DNA of 32,000 nt from positions 1,080,001 to 1,112,000 of the forward strand of contig NZ_DS995298.1 of assembly GCF_000155895.1 (NCBI RefSeq). Direction: 5' to 3'. The position numbers and the translations under genes are program-made. The stretch's first letter is position 1; every line of letters starts with the position of its first letter. The DNA is from Candidatus Pelagibacter sp. HTCC7211 (lineage in GTDB: Bacteria; Pseudomonadota; Alphaproteobacteria; Pelagibacterales; Pelagibacteraceae). The notes under the pieces are model-generated. The model was not told where the DNA came from. It saw only the letters and a program-made list of their open reading frames with translations, and did no database searches. This document shows positions 18,445 through 27,981 of this stretch, one piece after another.

Positions 18445-20040
18445 ATGGAAAATTTTGATTTTATAATTCTGGGTGCTGGATCCGCAGGATGTGTGCTTGC
18501 AAATAGATTATCAGAAAATCCCAATCACAAAGTGTTGCTTCTTGAAGCAGGTGGTAAAGATAATAATCCATGGATCCATATTCCTGTTGGATATTTTAAA
18601 ACCATGCATAATCCAAATACTGATTGGTGTTATCGAACTGAACCTGATGAAAGTATGAATAATATTTCCATAAGATATCCAAGAGGAAAAATTTTAGGGG
18701 GAAGCTCGTCAATAAATGGGTTGTTATATATTAGAGGACAACACCGAGACTATGATCTATGGAGGCAATCTGGAAATACTGGTTGGGGTTGGGATGATGT
18801 TTTGCCGTATTTTATAAAAGCTGAAAATCAAGAGAGAGGTAAAAGTGAATTTCATGGTGTTGATGGACCTTTATCAGTTTCAGATCAAAGAATACACCTT
18901 CCACTTTTAGATGAATTTCAAAATGCAGCAGAAGAATTTGGCATTCCAAAAACAAAGGATTTTAATACAGGAGATAATCATGGGTGTGGTTATTTCCAAG
19001 TAACACAAAAAGATGGCTTCAGGTGTAGTACAGCAGTTGGATATCTAAACCCTGTAAAACATAGAAAAAATTTAAAAATAATTACTAATGCACATATTAA
19101 AAAAATAAATTTTGAAAATAAAATAGCTAAAGAAGTAGAGTTTTGGATGGATAATGAAGTAAAAAAAGTTGAAGCTAATAAAGAAATAATTCTATCTTCT
19201 GGTGCAATAGGTTCACCTCAAATTTTACAAGTATCTGGGATTGGAAATCATGAAAAATTAAAAAATCTAGGTATTGAAACTATACAAAATTTAAATGGTG
19301 TTGGAGAAAATTTACATGATCATTTGATGTTAAGACCGATTTATAAAATTAATGGTCTTAAATCACTTAACAAAAAAATAAATAGTTTATTTGGAAATTT
19401 AATGATTGGACTAGAATATATATTTAAAAGATCTGGCCCAATGACAATGGGGGCAAGCCAACTTTGCATGTTTGCAAAAAGTGATCCATCACTTGAACTT
19501 CCAGACCTACAATGGCATGTTCAACCAATGAGTATGGATACATTGGGAGCTACTAAAAATCATGATTTTCATGCATTTACTCCAACTGTTTCAAATATAA
19601 GACCTACTAGTAGAGGTCATGTTAGTATCGTTGATAAAGACACAAGAACTTACGCAAAAATTAAACAAAATTATTTATCAACTGATCATGATAGAATGGT
19701 AGCTGCTCGAGGTTTAAAATTAACTAGGAAAATTATATTAGAATCTGAAACTTTTAAAAAGTATACACCTGAAGAGTATAGACCAGGGATAAGTATTAAT
19801 GATGATGAAGAACTAGTTAAAGAAGCTTCTAATTATGCACAAACTATTTTTCATCCTGTCGGAACTTGTAAAATGGGCCAAGATGATATGGCTGTTGTTG
19901 ATGAAAAATTAAAAGTTAAAGGAATAAAAAATCTTAGGGTGATCGATGCATCAATAATGCCTAATATAACCTCTGGTAATACTAATGCACCAACAATAAT
20001 GATTGCAGAAAAAGGTGCAGATATGATACTAGAGCAATAA
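18445..20040 (+). CDS. GMC-family FAD oxidoreductase (choline-dehydrogenase-like alcohol dehydrogenase/oxidase)
   Basis: About 531 aa with DFIILGAGSAGCVLANRL (FAD fold), GGSSSINGLLYIRG (GMC signature 1), HPVGTCKMG (active-site His) and VIDASIMP. The start is ATG 18445, or the TTG at 18442 used by the ORF track. Confidence 0.9.
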   Translation: MENFDFIILGAGSAGCVLANRLSENPNHKVLLLEAGGKDNNPWIHIPVGYFKTMHNPNTDWCYRTEPDESMNNISIRYPRGKILGGSSSINGLLYIRGQHRDYDLWRQSGNTGWGWDDVLPYFIKAENQERGKSEFHGVDGPLSVSDQRIHLPLLDEFQNAAEEFGIPKTKDFNTGDNHGCGYFQVTQKDGFRCSTAVGYLNPVKHRKNLKIITNAHIKKINFENKIAKEVEFWMDNEVKKVEANKEIILSSGAIGSPQILQVSGIGNHEKLKNLGIETIQNLNGVGENLHDHLMLRPIYKINGLKSLNKKINSLFGNLMIGLEYIFKRSGPMTMGASQLCMFAKSDPSLELPDLQWHVQPMSMDTLGATKNHDFHAFTPTVSNIRPTSRGHVSIVDKDTRTYAKIKQNYLSTDHDRMVAARGLKLTRKIILESETFKKYTPEEYRPGISINDDEELVKEASNYAQTIFHPVGTCKMGQDDMAVVDEKLKVKGIKNLRVIDASIMPNITSGNTNAPTIMIAEKGADMILEQ

Positions 20041-20634
20041 ATGTTTGCAGAACTAATTTCTCCAGAACAGTTAGCTATTTTAGGTCAAATCATATTTATT
20101 GACCTAGTGCTTGCGGGCGACAATGCAATTATAATTGGAATGGTTGCATCAAAGTTTCCAGTTGAACAAAGAAAAAAAATTATTTTTTGGGGCATAGGTG
20201 GAGCAGTAATATTAAGGATAATTTTAACTTTACTGACCGCTTATCTATTACAAATTACAGGACTTCGATTAATTGGTGGACTATTACTGCTTTATATAGT
20301 TTACAAACTTTATGTTGACGTCATTAAAGGCTCAGAGCAAGAGGATGATATAAAAGTTGATAATTCAAACTTTTTAAAAGCTATTTGGACTATTCTACTT
20401 GCAGATTTTACTATGAGCCTTGATAATGTATTAGGTGTAGCTGGTGCAGCTGGAGATCATTATACACTATTAATTTTTGGTTTGGTTTTATCAATCGTTT
20501 TAATGGCAACTGCAGCAAGTTTGATATCTAAATGGATCAAAGAGTATAAGTGGATTGCTTGGGCTGGTTTAATTGCAATTTTAGTAGTAGCTGTTGAGTT
20601 GATTTACACAGATATTAAAATATTATTCTTATAA
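20041..20634 (+). CDS. TerC/YjbE-family integral membrane protein
   Basis: 197 aa, multi-TM, with duplicated half-motifs LAGDNAIIIG and SLDNVLGVAG. The ATG follows the GMC stop codon with zero spacer. Confidence 0.8.
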   Translation: MFAELISPEQLAILGQIIFIDLVLAGDNAIIIGMVASKFPVEQRKKIIFWGIGGAVILRIILTLLTAYLLQITGLRLIGGLLLLYIVYKLYVDVIKGSEQEDDIKVDNSNFLKAIWTILLADFTMSLDNVLGVAGAAGDHYTLLIFGLVLSIVLMATAASLISKWIKEYKWIAWAGLIAILVVAVELIYTDIKILFL

Positions 20635-21392
20635 TGTATTTACAAAAAATTAATTTAAAAAATAAATATGCTCTTGTTACAGGAGCAGGTAAAGGGTTAG
20701 GTAGAGCTTGTGCAATAGCATTAGCTGAAGCTGGAGCAACAGTAATTGCTCTAAGTCGAACATCATCAGATTTAGATAAATTAGAAAAAGAAATAAAAAA
20801 AATAAAAGGTAAAATTATTAAAATTCACTGTGATGTGATGAATTATGATGACTTAAGAAAAAAAATAGAAAAAATAAAAATCATAGACGTACTGGTTAAT
20901 AATGCTGGAACCAATATTCCTGAACCATTTGAAAAAATAAAACAAAGAAGTATGAACTATTTGGTAGATTTAAATCTTAAAGCTGCATTTAACGTTGCTC
21001 AATTAGTAGTAAAAAAAATGCTTAAAAACAAGAAAAAGCCTGGATCAATAATTAATATATCTTCTCAATTAGGTCATGTTGGTATGAGTGGTCGAAATGT
21101 TTATAATATGACAAAATTTGGTATCGAAGGATTGACTAAAGGAATGGGTGTAGAATTAGCAAAGAAAAATATTAGAGTAAATACAGTTGCACCAACATTT
21201 GTGGCAACACCAATGGTAAAAAACTTTTTTAAAAATAGAAAATTTAAGAAATTAGCTTTAGGAAATATTCCTATGTCAAAACTGGCATCTGAAAGTGATG
21301 TAGCAACATCAGTTTGTTTCTTGGCATCTTCAGCTTCATCAATGATTACGGGAACATCAATAATAATAGATGGTGGATGGACTGCTCAATAA
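20634..21392 (+). CDS. Short-chain dehydrogenase/reductase (classical SDR)
   Basis: 252 aa with TGAGKGLG, NNAG and S...YNMTK. Its start overlaps the TerC stop by 1 nt (TAATG). Confidence 0.9.
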   Translation: MYLQKINLKNKYALVTGAGKGLGRACAIALAEAGATVIALSRTSSDLDKLEKEIKKIKGKIIKIHCDVMNYDDLRKKIEKIKIIDVLVNNAGTNIPEPFEKIKQRSMNYLVDLNLKAAFNVAQLVVKKMLKNKKKPGSIINISSQLGHVGMSGRNVYNMTKFGIEGLTKGMGVELAKKNIRVNTVAPTFVATPMVKNFFKNRKFKKLALGNIPMSKLASESDVATSVCFLASSASSMITGTSIIIDGGWTAQ

Positions 21393-22180
21393 TTTATAGA
21401 TTTTTTTTTGTATTTTTAATTTTTGTACCATCACAACTTCAAGCAATTGAATTTCAAGGAAAATTTTTACAAGGTCATTTCATTTTAGGCTCAACAAATC
21501 CTAACGCTAAAATTCTAGTAGGTAAAAAAGAAGTTAAAGTATCAAAAGATGGTTTTTTTGTTTTTGGTATTGATAGAGATAGAAAATTTGATTTAAAGTT
21601 TACTAAAATAATAGATGGTAAAAAAACTATAATTACAAAAAAAGTATTAAAAAGAAAATATAATATTCAAAGAATTGATGGACTTGAGGAAAGTAAAGTT
21701 ACTCCACCTGAGTCAGTTTACAAAAGAATTAAAAAAGAAAATAATGCAATCGGTGAGGCAAGGGCCATAAATTCTGATTTAGATTTCTTTAAAGATAAAT
21801 TTATTATGCCTGTTGAAGGAATTATTAGTGGTGTATATGGTAGTCAAAGAATTTTAAACGGTAAACCAAAGTGGCCTCATTTCGGAATTGATATAGCAGC
21901 TAAGCAAGGAACTATGATTAAATCTTCAGGAGCTGGAGTTGTCACTATGGCAGAGGACGATTTATATTATACAGGTGGCACCATCATCATGGATCATGGT
22001 CATGGAATATCAACAATATATTCTCACCTAGAAAATATTTTAGTTTCAGTTGGAGACAAAATTAATCAAGGAGATATTATAGGTACAGTTGGTTCAACAG
22101 GAAGATCAACTGGACCACATCTTGATTTTAGAATTAATTGGTTTCAAACAAGACTTGATCCAATGTCTATATTGAAATAA
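21377..22180 (+). CDS. M23 (LytM-domain) family metallopeptidase, secreted
   Basis: HFGIDI (HxxxD), MDHGHGISTIYSHL and GSTGRSTGPHLDF. The ORF track starts at TTG 21314. I prefer ATG 21377, which gives a signal peptide (MDCSIIYRFFFVFLIFVPSQLQA) and cuts the overlap with the SDR to 16 nt. Confidence 0.85.
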   Translation: MDCSIIYRFFFVFLIFVPSQLQAIEFQGKFLQGHFILGSTNPNAKILVGKKEVKVSKDGFFVFGIDRDRKFDLKFTKIIDGKKTIITKKVLKRKYNIQRIDGLEESKVTPPESVYKRIKKENNAIGEARAINSDLDFFKDKFIMPVEGIISGVYGSQRILNGKPKWPHFGIDIAAKQGTMIKSSGAGVVTMAEDDLYYTGGTIIMDHGHGISTIYSHLENILVSVGDKINQGDIIGTVGSTGRSTGPHLDFRINWFQTRLDPMSILK

Positions 22181-22189
22181 AAAAGTTTA

Positions 22190-22966
22190 ATGAATAAAAA
22201 TTTAAAAAATAAGATTTCAGATAAACTTGTTAACGCATTTTTAAAAAATAAAATAGTTTCTCCATTACCTCAAAAGATCACCAAAAAACTTACTGTTGCT
22301 GATGAGTTTAGAAAATTATGTGAAAGTAAAATTAAAGAACCTGTTATTGGATTTAAAGCTGGTGGAACAGGAATTCCTGTAATGAAAAAATTGAAAGAAA
22401 AAGAGCCATTTTATGCATCTATCTATAAAAGAAATTTTTTAAAAAGTGGTAAAAAAGTAAAAATAAATAAATCTACTTTAGGAATTGAACTAGAAGTTTG
22501 TTATTTAATTAAAAAGCAATTTTTTTCATCAAAAGGTAAAATAACTATGAAAAATATAGCAAAATATATTTCTCATATGGCACCATGTATTGAAGTTGTG
22601 GGTTATAGACAAAAGAAAAAAGGTGTTACATCCTTTGGTGATTTGGCCAGTGATTTTGGTGCAAATGTAAAATTTTTAATTGGTCAAAAGAAAAAATATA
22701 AAAAAATTAATATAGGTAATTTAAAAACAATTATTTCAAACAAGAAGATAAACCAGACTGTTTCGGGTAATACAGGAGCTGTTTACATAAGTCCTCTTAA
22801 CTCACTAAGATTTGTTCTTAACAAACTAAAGAAAGATAAAGTTGATTTAAATAAAGACTTTTATGTCTTTACTGGCTCAACTGTTGGTGTAGTTCCAATT
22901 CTTGGCAAAGGATTGTATGCAGGTAAAATTGACAAGTTAGGTTCAGCAAAAGCTATAATCCATTAA
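22190..22966 (+). CDS. Putative 2-oxo-enoate hydratase/decarboxylase family protein (MhpD/HpcG-like, FAH fold)
   Basis: 258 aa. By-eye block matches to the family consensus: IGFKAGGTG (GxKxGxT), GIELEVCYLI (xEaEiaF), PCIEVVGYR (PaiEivDsR) and VFTGSTVG (TGs). This was not searched. Confidence 0.5.
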   Translation: MNKNLKNKISDKLVNAFLKNKIVSPLPQKITKKLTVADEFRKLCESKIKEPVIGFKAGGTGIPVMKKLKEKEPFYASIYKRNFLKSGKKVKINKSTLGIELEVCYLIKKQFFSSKGKITMKNIAKYISHMAPCIEVVGYRQKKKGVTSFGDLASDFGANVKFLIGQKKKYKKINIGNLKTIISNKKINQTVSGNTGAVYISPLNSLRFVLNKLKKDKVDLNKDFYVFTGSTVGVVPILGKGLYAGKIDKLGSAKAIIH

Positions 22967-24117
22967 TGGGATTGCATTTTACAGCAGAAGAATTTTCTAA
23001 AAGAAAACAAGACGTTCTAAAATCAATGAAAGAGCAAAATTTAGATGCTCTTTTAATGTTTAGGCAAGAGTCTATGTATTGGCTCACAGGATACGATACT
23101 TTTGGATATGTTTTTTTTCAAACTCTAATTTTAGATCAAAAAGGAAATATTATTCTTTTAACTCGCGCGCCTGACTTAAGACAGGCACAAAATACATCTA
23201 ATATTAAAGATATCAGAATTTGGGTTGATCAAGATGGGATAAATCCAACTAATGATCTTAAACACATATTAAATGAGCTTAATTTAAAGGATAAAAAAAT
23301 TGGAATTGAGTACGAAGCATATGGGATGACTGGACGTAATGCTTTAAGATTAAATAAATCTTTAGAAAATTATTGTAATGTTGAAGATCAATCTGAATTA
23401 ATAACTAAATTAAGGGTAATTAAATCTGATGAAGAATTAGTTTATGTGAAAAAAGCCGCCGAACTTGCTGATAGAGCGCTTGATGAAGCTTGGAAATATA
23501 CTAAAGCTGGTGCTAGTGAAGCAAAAATTTTAGCAGAAATGCAAAGAGCAGTTCTTGAAGGCGGTGGAGACTACCCTGCAAATGAATATATAATTGGTTC
23601 GGGAGACAATGCTTTGCTTTGTAGATATCAAGCAGAAAAAAGAAATTTGTCTGATACTGATCAATTAAGTTTGGAATGGGCAGGAACTTTTAAACATTAT
23701 CATTCAGTAATGTTTAGAACTATACCTATCGGAAAAGCAGACTCAAAACATATTAAGATGCATGAGGCTTGTGTTGATGCGTTAACAAATTGTGTAAAAA
23801 CTTTAATTCCAGGTAAAACTGCAGGTGATGTGTTTGATGCTCATGCTAAAACTTTTGATGATTTAGGTTTTAAAAAAGCAAGAATGAATGCTTGTGGTTA
23901 TTCTTTGGGTTCAACCTTTTCACCTAATTGGATGGACTGGCCTATGCTATACACTGGCAATCCTTATGTAATAACTCCTGGTAATGTCTTCTTCATGCAT
24001 ATGATCTTAATGGATTCAGACAGTAATTTAGCCATGAATTTAGGTGAAACCTATTTAGTTACAGAGAATGGCAATGAAAGATTAGGCAAACAAAAGTTGG
24101 ATCTTGTGATCCTATAA
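22966..24117 (+). CDS. M24-fold (creatinase/prolidase-like) hydrolase with non-canonical metal-ligand positions
   Basis: 383 aa with a creatinase/prolidase-type N-domain, then the SDEELVYVKKAAELADRAL helix and a pita-bread C-domain ending GETYLVTENGNERL. Its start overlaps the upstream stop by 1 nt (TAATG). Confidence 0.8.
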   Translation: MGLHFTAEEFSKRKQDVLKSMKEQNLDALLMFRQESMYWLTGYDTFGYVFFQTLILDQKGNIILLTRAPDLRQAQNTSNIKDIRIWVDQDGINPTNDLKHILNELNLKDKKIGIEYEAYGMTGRNALRLNKSLENYCNVEDQSELITKLRVIKSDEELVYVKKAAELADRALDEAWKYTKAGASEAKILAEMQRAVLEGGGDYPANEYIIGSGDNALLCRYQAEKRNLSDTDQLSLEWAGTFKHYHSVMFRTIPIGKADSKHIKMHEACVDALTNCVKTLIPGKTAGDVFDAHAKTFDDLGFKKARMNACGYSLGSTFSPNWMDWPMLYTGNPYVITPGNVFFMHMILMDSDSNLAMNLGETYLVTENGNERLGKQKLDLVIL

Positions 24118-24139
24118 TGACTAGATTATATAATAAAAT

Positions 24140-24625
24140 ATGCCTTCATTTGACGTAATAAGTAAAATAAATTATCCCGAATTTGATAATGCTCTTGCTA
24201 ATTGTTTAAGAGAAATTACTAACCGATATGATTTCAAAGGGCTTGATATTTCAATTGAAAGAAAAGATAAAACGATCACCACATTTGCCCCAGATGAATT
24301 AAAGTTAAAACAAGTAAATGAAATACTACAAGTTCATCTTATAAGAAGGAAAGTGGATCCAAGAGTGATAGTTGTTAAAAACTCAGAAAGTGCTGCAGGC
24401 ACAACTATCAGACAAGTCAGTGAATTAAAAGAGGGTATTAGCCAAGAAAATGCTAAAAAAATTATTGCTGATGTTAAGAAACTAAAACTTAAAATCCAAA
24501 TTAAAATTCAAGGGGAAGAATTAAGAGCTGAAGGAAAAAAAAGAGACGATCTTCAAGAAGCCATAACTGCAATACAAGCTATTGATATTGGTCTTCCAAT
24601 TGAATTTGTAAACTTTAGAGATTAG
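24140..24625 (+). CDS. yajQ: YajQ-family nucleotide/cyclic-di-GMP-binding protein (UPF0234)
   Basis: 161 aa. It matches E. coli YajQ from the N-terminus (MPSFDV) to the C-terminus (FVNFRD), including IQGEELRAEGKKRDDLQ. Confidence 0.9.
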   Translation: MPSFDVISKINYPEFDNALANCLREITNRYDFKGLDISIERKDKTITTFAPDELKLKQVNEILQVHLIRRKVDPRVIVVKNSESAAGTTIRQVSELKEGISQENAKKIIADVKKLKLKIQIKIQGEELRAEGKKRDDLQEAITAIQAIDIGLPIEFVNFRD

Positions 24626-24630
24626 TTCTG

Positions 24631-25461
24631 TTAATCTACGTTTTTTAAAATTAAAACGTGGTAATTTATATGATCTTCTATAAATGAATTAATAAAGTAA
24701 TAACCATGGTCATAACCTGGGTGTTTTGTTACGAGTAATTTTTGACCTGTCTCATCGCACACTTTAATAAAATCATCTATACAAAGATCTTTTAAAAAAT
24801 CATCACTTAAACCAACATCTATTTTAATACTTTCAAATTTTTTTTTTGAATTTTTTATTAAAGTTAAAGGATCATAGGTATTTAATTCATCTAAATTATT
24901 ATCTAAATAATTAGAAAACATATCTTTTGCAAATGTACTATTATGAAGAGAACATATAGGTGAGAAAGCTGAGACTGATTTATATAAATCATTTTTGAGT
25001 GCACACTGAATAGCACCACCCCCACCCATAGAATGGCCAAAAATTCCTATTTTTGATTTACTAAATTCAAATTTGTTTGAAATTAACTCTGGTAATTCTT
25101 TTGTGATATAATCATACATCTTATAATTTCTAGACCAAGGTTCTCTTGTAGCGTTAAGATAAAATCCTGCACCATAACCAAGTTTGTAATCTTCGTTATC
25201 TGGTACACCCTCTCCTCTTGGGCTGGTATCAGGAACAACAACAGCAACCTGATGTTTTGAGGCAAATTGTTGAAATCCAGATTTTTGAATAAAATTTTGC
25301 TCAGTACAAGTTATGCCGCTTAGAAAATATAATAATGGGCAATCCTTACTATTATCAGGCAAATAAACAGCAAACTGCATGTTACAATTTGTTGTATCCG
25401 ATAGATGTTTGTAAACTTCTTGAGATCCGTTGTGTGACCTATGTTTTTCAACTAATTCCAT
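24631..25461 (-). CDS. fghA: S-formylglutathione hydrolase (esterase D family)
   Basis: 276 aa with MELVEKHRSHNGSQEVYKH...CNMQFAVYLP (FrmB/YeiG-like N-terminus) and the nucleophile elbow GHSMGGGGA. It starts 1 nt after the adhC stop. Confidence 0.9.
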   Translation of the reverse strand: MELVEKHRSHNGSQEVYKHLSDTTNCNMQFAVYLPDNSKDCPLLYFLSGITCTEQNFIQKSGFQQFASKHQVAVVVPDTSPRGEGVPDNEDYKLGYGAGFYLNATREPWSRNYKMYDYITKELPELISNKFEFSKSKIGIFGHSMGGGGAIQCALKNDLYKSVSAFSPICSLHNSTFAKDMFSNYLDNNLDELNTYDPLTLIKNSKKKFESIKIDVGLSDDFLKDLCIDDFIKVCDETGQKLLVTKHPGYDHGYYFINSFIEDHINYHVLILKNVD

Positions 25462-25462
25462 T

Positions 25463-26602
<1,140 letters not shown>

Positions 26603-26637
26603 TTAACACAAAAAACCAAAGTATAATAGGACACCTA

Positions 26638-27942
26638 TTAAATTTCCGATCTTGCTCTAAGTCGTTCATAAATTAGTCTTATTTTAACACCTAGATTTAA
26701 AAAAGGTTGTGGTGGAAGCCATGTAGGTTTATTTCTTGCTTCAATGGTTTCTATTTCTTTAGTGTTTTCATTGCTTGCTTTAATTGCAATTTGTTCTCCA
26801 AACAAAGTACCAACACCTATACCAGATCCATTATAACAACCTGCAGCAAAGATATTTTCATCAATTTTTTCAAATATTTGAGAGCTATTTCTTGTTCTGG
26901 AAACAATTCCTGACCATGAAGATTGGATTATATTGTCTGGTAATTGTGGAAATCTTTTTTTAATTCCTATTTTTTGATTAATAGATCTTGTATCTAAATC
27001 TTTCTTAGACATTTTTGCAGGATCACGTACTTCTGCAGTATTTCTAATCAAAATTCTTCTATCTTTAGTCATTCTTATTGTGGCACCCATTGGTCTTACG
27101 GGTAATACCCCCCATTCTTTTGGCTCACCAATTGACTTAAATTCTTCATCAGTTAATGATCTCGTCATACTCGCGGTTAAAGTAATTGGAAAATTATAAT
27201 TTGATTTAATACCTAAAGATTTCAAAAAACCATTTGTCGCAAAAATAATTTTATTGGTATTAATTTTTACATTTTTAAAATTACAAGAAATTTTATCTTT
27301 AACTTTGCTCCAATCTAATAAACATGAATTTTCATACAAAAAAACATTATTTGGTAATATATCAATCATAGCCCTTACCAACTTTCCTGGATGTAATAAA
27401 ATTCCACCTTTTGTATGAAGCGCAATATTATAAAAACTAGTACCAAGTCTATTTGATAAATCATTGCTTGATAATATATTGTGTTCAAAACCTAGTTTTG
27501 AAAGAGTATCTGAAAAATTTGTTAAAATTGTTTGATCAGATTTTTTTGAGGATGCAAAATATTTTCCACATTCATTCCAATCACAATCAACTTGATATTC
27601 ATTGATAAAATTTTTTACAAATTTTATACCCAATTCATAAATATCAGCTTTTTTTTTATAATTATCCAATTCTTTATTAGAGGTAAATCCGTCATTAAGA
27701 GTGGTATCTACTAAATAGCCTGAATTTCTACTGCTAGCTCCCTCTCCAGCTAATTGTGCATCTACAAGTATAATTTTTTGCTTAGGATATAATTGCCCTA
27801 ATTTTCTTGCTGCTGATAAGCCTGTATAACCAGCGCCTATTATTAACCAATCACAATCTTCATTTAATTGAAGTGATTTAATATTAGTTCGAGGAATTAA
27901 ATCATTAACCCAACTACAACCATTATCGTTAGTCACTTCCAT
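26638..27942 (-). CDS. FAD-dependent oxidoreductase, DAO family (PuuB/OrdL-like amine oxidase/dehydrogenase)
   Basis: 434 aa. CSWVNDL...DCDWLIIGAGYTGLSAARKL...GEGASSRNSGYL parallels the gamma-glutamylputrescine-oxidase-type N-terminus (dinucleotide fold plus GASGRNGG block). Confidence 0.8.
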   Translation of the reverse strand: MEVTNDNGCSWVNDLIPRTNIKSLQLNEDCDWLIIGAGYTGLSAARKLGQLYPKQKIILVDAQLAGEGASSRNSGYLVDTTLNDGFTSNKELDNYKKKADIYELGIKFVKNFINEYQVDCDWNECGKYFASSKKSDQTILTNFSDTLSKLGFEHNILSSNDLSNRLGTSFYNIALHTKGGILLHPGKLVRAMIDILPNNVFLYENSCLLDWSKVKDKISCNFKNVKINTNKIIFATNGFLKSLGIKSNYNFPITLTASMTRSLTDEEFKSIGEPKEWGVLPVRPMGATIRMTKDRRILIRNTAEVRDPAKMSKKDLDTRSINQKIGIKKRFPQLPDNIIQSSWSGIVSRTRNSSQIFEKIDENIFAAGCYNGSGIGVGTLFGEQIAIKASNENTKEIETIEARNKPTWLPPQPFLNLGVKIRLIYERLRARSEI

Positions 27943-27981
27943 GAAGTGACTTTACGATAATTGTTTAATTTTTTAAAGAAT

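Noticed and set aside
18445-20040. Calling the GMC enzyme choline dehydrogenase BetA
   Set aside because: The family membership is clear, but no betB, betI or betT is nearby and I cannot establish orthology without a search. I kept the generic family call.
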